The position numbers and the translations under genes are program-made. Positions 35,091 through 42,902 of a stretch of DNA of 64,000 nucleotides are shown here, one piece after another (positions within the stretch are counted from its first letter, which is position 1; every line of letters begins with the position of its first letter). The notes under the pieces are model-generated. The model worked only from the letters and a program-made list of their open reading frames with translations, was not told the origin of the DNA and made no database searches. This stretch comes from Clostridia bacterium (GTDB taxonomy: Bacteria > Bacillota > Clostridia > Oscillospirales > CAG-272): the NCBI GenBank assembly GCA_900768535.1, contig CAAGDE010000001.1, positions 1,498 to 65,497 of the forward strand. The letters are read 5' to 3'.

Positions 35091-36620
35091 TTACGGAATT
35101 TCGCGCAATTTGGCAACGATGCCGGCGAGCGCGTCCTGCAGAGCACTTTCTTCCCCTTTGTAGGTAGAGGTCCAGCTCCGGTCCCCTTCACCCAGAGCGG
35201 AGCGGAACATCCGGTAGGTTGCATTGTTGTAGTTGCCGAGGTTGAAGGAGGAGCAGAGCAGACGTCCGATGTCAAAGGATGCGGTACTCCGGATCAGGTC
35301 AAAGATCCGGCTGGTGCTGTCATCCTTGGAGTAGCGCTTCTGCATGGTGGTGACGAAAACCGCCGGGGTTGTCGTGCGGTATGCCGCCGAACCCAGCGCC
35401 TCCAGCACGGCGGACGCCCGGCTCCGGTCGCTGACATCGCGCGGGATGCTCCAGAGTGAGTAGGTGAAGCCGACGGTGGTGACGTAGGACGTTTGGCTTT
35501 CGTCATATTTCGGCACCGGAAGGATCCCGAAATCCACCCGGTAGCTGCTGCCCTCCGCATTCAGCACCTGGTGCAGATAATAGATCGGTCGCAGGTCGAA
35601 CAGGACGTTTCCCTGCGCGAAGTAGGGTTGCAGAAACCAGTCATTGTCATTGTAAGCGAGCCACGCGCTGTCGGTGGCAAAGAAATCGGCGAGTTTTGTC
35701 AGCAGAGTCTGCGTTTTCTCACTCCCGAAGGTTGGGGAAATGGTCAGAAGCCCGTCATCGTTCCGTTCGGTGGTCCGCAGTCCGGAGCCGAAAAAGAAGG
35801 AGTCCCCGTAAATTGCCAGGGTGGTAAAGCCGAAGCGGTCCTTCTCGGTCTTTCCCTCGGCACCGTCGATGTCACCGCTGACAACGGACGCCATTTCCAT
35901 CATGAGGGGGAGCGTCCAGGCGCCGTTCAGTGCCGCCTCATCGGGGTCGTAGGTCTCGGTCAGTGTGTAGCTTTCCATCAGATCCCGGTTGTAGAGCACT
36001 GCAAACATACTCCAGAGCAGATTGGTGGAAAGGTCTCCCGATGCGAAGTAGAGCCGGTTTTCCACCAGCGCTTCCGCAGTCAGGTTATCCGGCCACCACG
36101 GCATATCCGGATCAAAGTAGTCGGTCTGCATCAGGTCGAGACAGTAGCCCCGCACCATCATGGCACCGCCGACCATTGTATAGGAGGCGACCAGATCATA
36201 GTTTTCGGTGCTCTTGCCGACCGTGCTGTCCAGGTGCCGCAGGAACGAGGTCTGATGTCCGCCGTCGCCGTCCCGACCGATGAAGTTCAGCACCACATTC
36301 AGCCGTTCCTCCACATTGCTGTTCCGCGCAAAGACTGCATTTTCGATGGTGGTCAGTGCGGTGTCGCTGTCTGTCGAAAATTCGTAGGTCGGCGCGTTGT
36401 TCCAGTAAAGGATGTTGATCTTTTCCTTTCCGTAATCAAGACTGTCGGGAAGGTGATCGAGCAGATAGCCGTCGCTGTCGTGGAGTCCGTCTCCTGTGTC
36501 GGGAGGGTCGGTTTTTTCCGAGGTTTCGTTGCCCGGGTCGGTTTTGCCGCCGCACGCGGCGAGGGGGAGCGCCAGACACAGCACCAGCAGGAGTGTCTGC
36601 ATACGCAAAAGAATTTTCAT
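35091..36620 (-). CDS. Extracellular solute-binding lipoprotein
   Basis: Start MKILLRMQTLLLVLCLALPLAAC (lipobox) after AGGAGG. Same SBP class as 4146..5708. Confidence 0.85.
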   Translation of the reverse strand: MKILLRMQTLLLVLCLALPLAACGGKTDPGNETSEKTDPPDTGDGLHDSDGYLLDHLPDSLDYGKEKINILYWNNAPTYEFSTDSDTALTTIENAVFARNSNVEERLNVVLNFIGRDGDGGHQTSFLRHLDSTVGKSTENYDLVASYTMVGGAMMVRGYCLDLMQTDYFDPDMPWWPDNLTAEALVENRLYFASGDLSTNLLWSMFAVLYNRDLMESYTLTETYDPDEAALNGAWTLPLMMEMASVVSGDIDGAEGKTEKDRFGFTTLAIYGDSFFFGSGLRTTERNDDGLLTISPTFGSEKTQTLLTKLADFFATDSAWLAYNDNDWFLQPYFAQGNVLFDLRPIYYLHQVLNAEGSSYRVDFGILPVPKYDESQTSYVTTVGFTYSLWSIPRDVSDRSRASAVLEALGSAAYRTTTPAVFVTTMQKRYSKDDSTSRIFDLIRSTASFDIGRLLCSSFNLGNYNNATYRMFRSALGEGDRSWTSTYKGEESALQDALAGIVAKLREIP

Positions 36621-36740
36621 GGATAGCCTCCTTTCTGTTATCGGTTCCATTGTAGCATAAATCCGTGGCAATAGATATAAAAACACGCCAAAATAAGATG
36701 TCATATTTTTATATTTTCATTAAAAGTGACGGGGAAAAGC

Positions 36741-36769
36741 TTGACTTTTCCGACCGGGTATGATATAAT
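36741..36769 (+). promoter_or_regulatory. Sigma-A promoter for the AraC gene at 36814, with an adjacent GGGGAAAAGC box
   Basis: TTGACT at 36741..36746, 17-nt spacer, TATAAT at 36764..36769. ACGGGGAAAAGCTTGAC (36729..36745) resembles the boxes at 46728..46847. Confidence 0.6.
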
Positions 36770-36813
36770 GGGGATAACCGCAATCAGGCACTGCTGAAGG
36801 AAAGGAGACTGCC

Positions 36814-37653
36814 ATGCCCGACACTGCCGACCATTACCGTTATACGCCAAAGAAGGCACCGATCAGCATTCTGCATACCCACCGGCAGGCGGATTACAGC
36901 CGGAAGTATGTGCATATGCACAATCACACCGAAATGCTGTTCATCACCAGCCACAGTGACGCGCTGGTCTTCAACAACGGCAACCGGCACGCAGTGCGCA
37001 CCCCCGCGCTGATCATTCATAAGGCGGGGTCCTACCATTACACCGATTCCAGCTCCAACGGGGAGGACGGCTACAGCAGTGACTGTATCTTCTTTGACAT
37101 GAAGTACCTGGAGCAGGTTCCGGAAGGCTTTCTGCACAGCCGCGAGCTGTTCCATGACGACTGTATGATCCTGCCGCTGACCGATGCGGAGACCGTCGCT
37201 TTCGGGGAATGGATCCGTCTGCTTTACGCGCAGGAGGGCTATCACAAAAAAATGCTGTTCCTGCTGCTGATCATTCTCGATGAGGTGGTGCGCCTGCGGC
37301 GGGAGCGTCAGACGGTTTGCCTGAACAATCCGGATAACTATATTTTTGATGTGACGCAGTACCTAATGACGCATTTCAGCGAGCCGTTGACCACGGGACA
37401 GCTTGCCCAGCAGTTTCACGTCAGCGTGTCAAAAATCAATGCTGACTTCAATCGGGCAACGAACCGGACGATCAAGGATTTCTGTCAGGGACTGCGGCTG
37501 GAGCAGGTGTGCAGGATGCTGTCGGAAACCGATGATCCGATAGCGCAGATTGCCTACAGCTGCGGATTTTCGAGCGAGAGCTATCTGATTCAGGCGTTCC
37601 GCCGCCATACCGGTACCACCCCCAGCAGCTACCGTAAAAAATGCCGCGAATGA
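36814..37653 (+). CDS. AraC-family regulator
   Basis: C-terminal TTGQLAQQFHVSVSKINADF...GFSSESYLIQAFRRHTGTTPSSYRK. RBS AAAGGAGA. Confidence 0.85.
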   Translation: MPDTADHYRYTPKKAPISILHTHRQADYSRKYVHMHNHTEMLFITSHSDALVFNNGNRHAVRTPALIIHKAGSYHYTDSSSNGEDGYSSDCIFFDMKYLEQVPEGFLHSRELFHDDCMILPLTDAETVAFGEWIRLLYAQEGYHKKMLFLLLIILDEVVRLRRERQTVCLNNPDNYIFDVTQYLMTHFSEPLTTGQLAQQFHVSVSKINADFNRATNRTIKDFCQGLRLEQVCRMLSETDDPIAQIAYSCGFSSESYLIQAFRRHTGTTPSSYRKKCRE

Positions 37654-37663
37654 GGACAAAACC

Positions 37664-37693
37664 ATCGCCCGCCTTTTTCAAAAGGCGGGCGAT
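37664..37693. terminator. Bidirectional hairpin terminator
   Basis: ATCGCCCGCC pairs with GGCGGGCGAT, with T/A runs on both sides. Confidence 0.65.
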
Positions 37694-37724
37694 AATTTTA
37701 ACTGCCAGGATGTTCGCCGGGGCG

Positions 37725-37892
37725 CTAATCTGTTTTTTCATCCGTTTTTGCACGTCTGTCGGCGTTCCTCTCCCGGCACTCGGTGGGGGTCATTCCGAAC
37801 TGCTGGCGGAATTTTGTTGCAAAGTAGGTGCGTTCCCCGAATCCGCAGGCGGAGGCGATTTCCTCAATGGTCTGCTCGTTTTCAATGACCAA
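37725..37892 (-). pseudogene. 3' fragment (last about 55 codons) of an AraC-type HTH gene
   Basis: Reverse-strand translation is LVIENEQTIEEIASACGFGERTYFATKFRQQFGMTPTECRERNA...*. A stop codon lies immediately upstream, and there is no N-terminal part. Confidence 0.6.
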
Positions 37893-38635
37893 TCACGCCA
37901 ATTACACCCGCGTGAAGCGCACCTATCAGGTGTCGTATGTCATTGACGGGAAAACGGTGGAAACGCGGTCCGTAGCTTATGGGGACAGCATTCCCACGCC
38001 GACCGCCGCCATCCCGGGAAAAGCCGGGTATCCGTATTCCCTGTGGCACGCGGAGACCGATATCGTAACGGGAGACACCGCGGTCAATGCGGTCTATGCC
38101 GAAAAGCTCTCCTATACCGCCAACAGCAAAGCATCCATCAAGGACGGAGTATACTATATGCCGATTGTTATGAACAAGCATCCGGACGGACGCGATACGC
38201 CTGCCGCCCTGAACCCCGCGCGGGGATATGACAGTCTGATTTTCTACGATTGGGAATCGGACGGTGCCGCGCCGGACCCGGACAAGCGCATTGACCGGAT
38301 CCTGACCGACCTGGATCTGTCCTATGAAAAAATCCTCGCGGACGGAACGCTTCTTGGCGCCTACTGCAGCGGTGGGCAGTACAGCCGCTCCTCGTCGGTT
38401 TCCGTAACGGACAGCCGGGTTCCGTTTGATCGCGCACGGCGTTTCAGCGTGCACACCAAGCCTTCGGTCGATTACGGAGTCCAGCTGTCGATGAGTCTGC
38501 CGGAAAACAGCTTTGAAGCCGGCGATGTGCTGGTGCTGTCCTGCTGGATCCGTTTTGTCAGCGCGAAGGTGGAGAGCAACTGCGGGCAGATCCGGTTTTC
38601 CTGCCAGCATCCGACCTCCTATTCCAAAAATCTGA
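37893..38635 (+). pseudogene. Internal fragment of a surface/carbohydrate-binding protein gene, with no native start or signal peptide
   Basis: YQVSYVIDGKTVETRSVAYGDSIPTPTAA is a repeat-like segment, followed by a CBM-like segment. The frame begins inside the opposite-strand AraC remnant and runs out into nonsense after about 38635. Confidence 0.4.
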
Positions 38636-39250
38636 ACCGAGCGCCTGTACGATTCCATCCGAAGGGTGGAGCAGATCTTCTCCAAGTCGCAGGGGCATTC
38701 CAACCTTGGTGTTTCCCTGCCGAACGACAAATCCAAGCCCTACGGTTACACCGAAATGTTCAAGAGCGGCAGAGCGCTGTTCCTTACGGCAGAGATCAAG
38801 GACGCGAGCACCCTGCGGGACATGGAGGAAAAGTTCGGCGTTCTTCCGACGCCGATGTATGACAGAGAGCAGGGGAGTTACCAGGCGATTCTGGGCGCGC
38901 CGGCTCTGCTGACACTGCCCCGGAGGCAAAAGAACCTGGCACACACGGCGCTTGTTTTGGACGCACTGTCCTATGAATCCGAGGACGTGATGAACACCTA
39001 TGTTACCAAGATTGTCATGCGGCGGAATCTGCCGAACCCGGATTCCGAACGGATGATGAACATCATTCATGACAACCTGACGGTGGAATTCGGCTCCTTC
39101 TTTGAGTTCACCGCGCACTACATCAATGAGCTCCGGCTGAGCATCCGCGCCGAGAGCACCGACCCTGCCTCCCTCGCCGAACGCGAAGCAGACACCATAG
39201 ACCTGCGCGTGGAAAAATTTTTCGAAAAACTGCAATCCGCAAAAGAATAA
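38636..39250 (+). pseudogene. 3' fragment (about 200 codons) of a solute-binding lipoprotein gene
   Basis: MFKSGRALF...EKFGVLPTPMYDREQGSY aligns with the C-terminal third of the SBP at 4146..5708 (MFADGHALF...DKYGLLPLPKYDEEQKNY). No N-terminus or lipobox. A hairpin plus T-run follows the stop. Confidence 0.6.
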
Positions 39251-39337
39251 GCACGTCAGAAAAGCATCCAGCTTGTTCAAGCAGGGTGCTTTTTTACAGG
39301 ATTCTGTGTACGGAATTCCATCATTGACAAAAAGGAC

Positions 39338-39366
39338 TTGACTTTTTGAAACAGAAGATGTATAAT
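39338..39366 (+). promoter_or_regulatory. Sigma-A promoter
   Basis: TTGACT at 39338..39343, 17-nt spacer, TATAAT at 39361..39366. Confidence 0.6.
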
Positions 39367-39410
39367 ATGAATAGAAATGCGGAAATCATCAGGCTTTATC
39401 GGAGGAATCC

Positions 39411-40277
39411 ATGCAACAACCAAAAAGGAAAGCACGTTACATCATCATACTGTTGGCAACTGTTCTTGCCATAATTCAACTGAGCGCCTGCCGTGTCTCC
39501 AACGCTTTTCTGCGCGGGAAGGAAGCGGGGCTCTACCCGGATACCTCTGATTTTCCAAATACGAAATGGAGCTGTAAGGAGTCCGAAATCTCCTTTTGGA
39601 TTTTGGACGGCGGGGAAAACACGGTCATCGGAACCTATGTGGAAAATCAGAAATCCTATCGGTTGATTGCAACGTTCTCGTTCTATGAACCGGCGATGGA
39701 TTTTACGGTTTATTCCTCTACATCCGAGATGAAAAGCCAATATCAGGATTCGACAGGGATTTTTTATACGCACTGTGAAAGGCAGGTGCTTGGAACGGTT
39801 TCTACCGATTATATTTGTCGGGACGGGGAACTGATCTGTACGGTGCGGGGATCCGACCTGGAGCAATTTCCGGAGAACCGACAGTTGACTTTTCAGCAGG
39901 ATCCCGATTACCGTCTGACCGTGCGGAATCACTATGCCTGCGCGGAGCTGAAAATGGAAATGGCTTCGTTTGCGGAAATTGACGGCTACTACAAAGGAAC
40001 TGTAGTCATTGACGGAAACCTCTGCATGGTTCAGCTTTTTGAAATCGGAAATAAGAATTACTATGCGGTTTCCATAGAAAACGGAATTACCAATACCTAC
40101 AAAACGGGAACCACATCCGAGCTGATACGGATGACCCTGACGCCGGTGGACGGAGGATTGGAGGCACGCGTGACGGACGAGTATCTCCGGACGCCGCAGC
40201 CTTTTCCGGAATGGAAGCAGCAGTGCGCAACCTTCCTGTTTACAGAGGGCGAGTCCGCCACAACGGAGAAAGACTGA
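39411..40277 (+). CDS. Hypothetical lipoprotein (288 aa) in a low-GC island
   Basis: Lipobox IIQLSAC after a basic N-terminus. No recognisable catalytic motif. Confidence 0.7.
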   Translation: MQQPKRKARYIIILLATVLAIIQLSACRVSNAFLRGKEAGLYPDTSDFPNTKWSCKESEISFWILDGGENTVIGTYVENQKSYRLIATFSFYEPAMDFTVYSSTSEMKSQYQDSTGIFYTHCERQVLGTVSTDYICRDGELICTVRGSDLEQFPENRQLTFQQDPDYRLTVRNHYACAELKMEMASFAEIDGYYKGTVVIDGNLCMVQLFEIGNKNYYAVSIENGITNTYKTGTTSELIRMTLTPVDGGLEARVTDEYLRTPQPFPEWKQQCATFLFTEGESATTEKD

Positions 40278-40291
40278 CCGGAGGTGTGAGA

Positions 40292-40705
40292 ATGAAGGAT
40301 CGGTTCCATCTTGATGATATCATATATTACGGGCGTTCCTACCCGGATTTACCTCCTTATTTATGGTGGTATTGTAAAAATGACGGTCAAATATATGATA
40401 CGGACACCCTGAAAACAGAGTTTCATTTTTCTGACGAGGGAGAAATGGAGGAATCCCCGAATTTCATTCCGCTCTTCCGAACCGATATCGTTTCCTTAGA
40501 GGTCCTTTTTCTGAATCAATGCGGAGCAGATGCGTTAAAAAAGGTAAAACAGCAGCAGGAAAAGGAGGGTATCCCCTTTGATACTGCGTTCAAAATATTT
40601 GAGGAGAGATTACCGGTTCGCATCTGGCACGGTTTCGAAAAAAATAAATTGCGCGAAGACGCAAAGAAATGGTGCATGGAAAATCACATCCCCTTCGAAG
40701 AATAA
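40292..40705 (+). CDS. Hypothetical cytoplasmic protein (137 aa) in a low-GC island
   Basis: ATG 40292 lies after GGAGGTG. No signal peptide. I recognise no family. Confidence 0.6.
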   Translation: MKDRFHLDDIIYYGRSYPDLPPYLWWYCKNDGQIYDTDTLKTEFHFSDEGEMEESPNFIPLFRTDIVSLEVLFLNQCGADALKKVKQQQEKEGIPFDTAFKIFEERLPVRIWHGFEKNKLREDAKKWCMENHIPFEE

Positions 40706-40737
40706 CTCCGCAAAAAGGGGATTCAATTTGTAAGTTT

Positions 40738-40783
40738 GGGGGTGTTAAAAAACTCGACCTGAGTTTTTTAACACCCCCGTTTT
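40738..40783. terminator. Strong bidirectional terminator
   Basis: Perfect 17-bp stem: GGGGGTGTTAAAAAACT pairs with AGTTTTTTAACACCCCC, then GTTTT. Confidence 0.8.
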
Positions 40784-40813
40784 AATTAGACAAGAGCTCT
40801 TACGTGCAATGTT

Positions 40814-41788
40814 TCAAATCATCCCTCGCAATTCCTCTCCGGTTTTCGGGGAAAGTGCGGCGGGTGGGACATCCGGGGGGGTGATACAGCCGGTCTGTCC
40901 GAGGCGGTGGAGGCGGTACACTGCGCGGGCATAGGCGACCAGAACGCCGCCGGTGAAGGCGGGATTGGAGTCCAGACGGAGATCCAGTGCCAGGCGGTGA
41001 CGGGAGCCGTCTCCGGTCTTGCCGCTCCGGATGACCCGACCGCCGTGCGGGAGTGCTGCATGATCGCGTTTCAGTTCCTCTGCCGTGATAAAGGTTACCG
41101 TTGTGTCGTATCCGAGAAAATAGTCGGGGAGCGACCGGATGTCGCGCACAATGCGGTCCCGGTCGGCGTCCTCGGCGGGGACAACAAAGCATTCCCGGCG
41201 ATGCGCGGCTGTGGGGGAGAGCGCCTCTGCCGATCCGTTTTCCGCCAGCTCCATGGCGCCGGGGATCGGGACGGTGTACTCCCGCGCGTCCAGCACACCG
41301 GGGATCCGGCGGAGCGCATCGGAATGCCCCTGACTGACGCCTCTGCCCCAAAAGGTTGCGGTGGCTCCGTCCGGCAGCACGGCGTCAAGCAGAACCCGCG
41401 CCACCGAAAACAGCCCCGGATCCCACCCCGCGCTGATGAGTGACAGATGCCCGGACGCGGCGGCGGAGCGATGCACGGCGGCAAAATGCGCGGGAATTCT
41501 TCCGTGCGTGTCAAAGCTGTCCACCGTGTTGAAGTCGGCGGCAAGCTCCGGCGTCTGATGCGGCAGATCGGCGGCGCTCCCGGAGCAGAGGATCAGCACG
41601 TCCACCCGGTCGCGGAGTGTATCGATCTGCGCATAGGGAAGGACGGGAATTGCCGATGCCGGATGAACGGTTTTTGGCGGACGTCGGGTGACGATGGCAA
41701 CCGGCTCCATGTCATCGGCGGCTTGCAGGGCACGCTCCACGCCGCGTCCCAGGTTGCCGTAGCCGCAGATTGCAATGCGGATGTTCAT
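40814..41788 (-). CDS. ddh: meso-Diaminopimelate D-dehydrogenase
   Basis: NIRIAICGYGNLGRGVE, GWDPGLFS, FWGRGVSQGHSDALRRIPGV, MPHGG-like LPHGGRVI; colinear with Corynebacterium Ddh. Confidence 0.9.
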   Translation of the reverse strand: MNIRIAICGYGNLGRGVERALQAADDMEPVAIVTRRPPKTVHPASAIPVLPYAQIDTLRDRVDVLILCSGSAADLPHQTPELAADFNTVDSFDTHGRIPAHFAAVHRSAAASGHLSLISAGWDPGLFSVARVLLDAVLPDGATATFWGRGVSQGHSDALRRIPGVLDAREYTVPIPGAMELAENGSAEALSPTAAHRRECFVVPAEDADRDRIVRDIRSLPDYFLGYDTTVTFITAEELKRDHAALPHGGRVIRSGKTGDGSRHRLALDLRLDSNPAFTGGVLVAYARAVYRLHRLGQTGCITPPDVPPAALSPKTGEELRGMI

Positions 41789-42519
41789 GTGTGACCTCCT
41801 GTATGTTCGGTGGAAATCCGCCCGCGGAACAGCTGCTCCATGCCGTAAAGTCCGGGCGGTTGGGTAACCAGAAAATCGGCGGCGGCAAGCGCGCCTGCGG
41901 CATAGGCGGAGCGGTCATGCGCCTCGTGCCGCAGGGTCAGAGCTTCCTGCCCCGTATCCATGAGGATTTCGTGAATGCCGGTGACGTGACCGATGCGCAG
42001 GGAATGAATGCCGATCTCCTGCGGGTCGCGCACACCGCCGCTCCGCCCGGCGCGTGCAAAGCGGTCGGGACAGCATCCGGTGACAGCCTTCGCCAAGGCA
42101 AGCGCCGTCCCGCTCGGCGCATCCAGCTTGCGGCTGTGGTGCGTTTCGGTGATTTCGACCTCGGCATGGGGAAAAACCGACAGCGCCGTCCGCACCAGCT
42201 GTTCCAGGAGCGCGATGCCAAGCGAAAAATTGGCGGCGCGGAAGACGGGAATGCGCTCGGCGGCGTTCGCAATGGCGTGCAGCTGACCGCGATCCTGCCC
42301 GGTGGTTCCGATGCAGAGCGGAAGTCGGTTGCGCGCGGCAAAGGACAGAAGCGGAGCCGTTGCGTCCGGGTGGGAGAAATCGATCAGCACATCGGCGTTG
42401 GCGGCATCCGGAAGCCCGGCGCGTGCATCAAACGGGATCACGCGGTCACCGCGCCCTAGGGACAGTCGGGTGATCTCTCTGCCCATTCTGCCCCCCGCCC
42501 CGCAAAGCAGGATGTTCAT
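41785..42519 (-). CDS. dapB: 4-hydroxy-tetrahydrodipicolinate reductase
   Basis: MNILLCGAGGRMG, IDFSHP, IGTTG, EITETHHSRKLDAPSGTA. Start at 42519 after AAGGAG. The track's upstream extension runs into a repeat element. Confidence 0.9.
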   Translation of the reverse strand: MNILLCGAGGRMGREITRLSLGRGDRVIPFDARAGLPDAANADVLIDFSHPDATAPLLSFAARNRLPLCIGTTGQDRGQLHAIANAAERIPVFRAANFSLGIALLEQLVRTALSVFPHAEVEITETHHSRKLDAPSGTALALAKAVTGCCPDRFARAGRSGGVRDPQEIGIHSLRIGHVTGIHEILMDTGQEALTLRHEAHDRSAYAAGALAAADFLVTQPPGLYGMEQLFRGRISTEHTGGHT

Positions 42520-42544
42520 AAGCGCTCCTTTCTGCATTTCCCAC

Positions 42545-42573
42545 TGGACAAATCCGCCGGGATGTGGTATAAT
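42545..42573 (+). promoter_or_regulatory. Sigma-A-like promoter reading towards the two-component operon
   Basis: TGGACA at 42545..42550, 17-nt spacer ending TGG, TATAAT at 42568..42573. Confidence 0.5.
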
Positions 42574-42628
42574 AAAGCAGATGACCGGAAAGTGCGTGTG
42601 CTCTGTGTGGTCACGCTCGCCGGTTTTG

Positions 42629-42812
42629 CCCTCATCCGTCGCCTGCGGCGCCACCTTCCCCACCCGGGGGAAGGCTACTGTGGCGGTTCGTAACCGATAG
42701 ATACAGTGCCGATTTAAAAGCAGGATTGAGAAGTAGAATGAAAAAGATTTTGCACAACCGGAAGAAGCCTTCCCCCGGGTGGGGAAGGTGGCGCGCCAGC
42801 GCCGGATGAGGG
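42629..42812. repeat. 184-bp inverted-repeat element (arms of about 46-47 nt, AT-rich centre of about 90 nt)
   Basis: Left arm 42629..42675 CCCTCATCCGTCGCCTGCGGCGCCACCTTCCCCACCCGGGGGAAGGC. The reverse complement of the right arm 42767..42812 is CCCTCATCCGGCGCTGGCGCGCCACCTTCCCCACCCGGGGGAAGGC. Confidence 0.85.
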
Positions 42813-42850
42813 CGAAATGGGCGAACGCAACCGCCAAATATGCAAGCTTT

Positions 42851-42869
42851 CTTAAGTCCGGCTTAAGTC
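42851..42869 (+). promoter_or_regulatory. Direct repeat CTTAAGTC-cgg-CTTAAGTC (11-bp period) just upstream of the response-regulator gene
   Basis: Two identical 8-mers at 42851..42858 and 42862..42869. Confidence 0.35.
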
Positions 42870-42902
42870 ATGTGTGTTATTCTATGGAAAAAGGGGGAAT
42901 GG

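Noticed and set aside
42520-42837. N-terminal extension of dapB (350-aa track ORF).
   Set aside because: The canonical DapB N-terminus MNILLCGAGGRMG starts at 42519 with AAGGAG upstream. The extension reads through the inverted-repeat element and a plus-strand promoter.
42520-42900. Possible lysine riboswitch (L-box) upstream of dapB.
   Set aside because: The minus-strand sequence does not show the conserved L-box core as I remember it. This needs an Infernal scan to be definitive.
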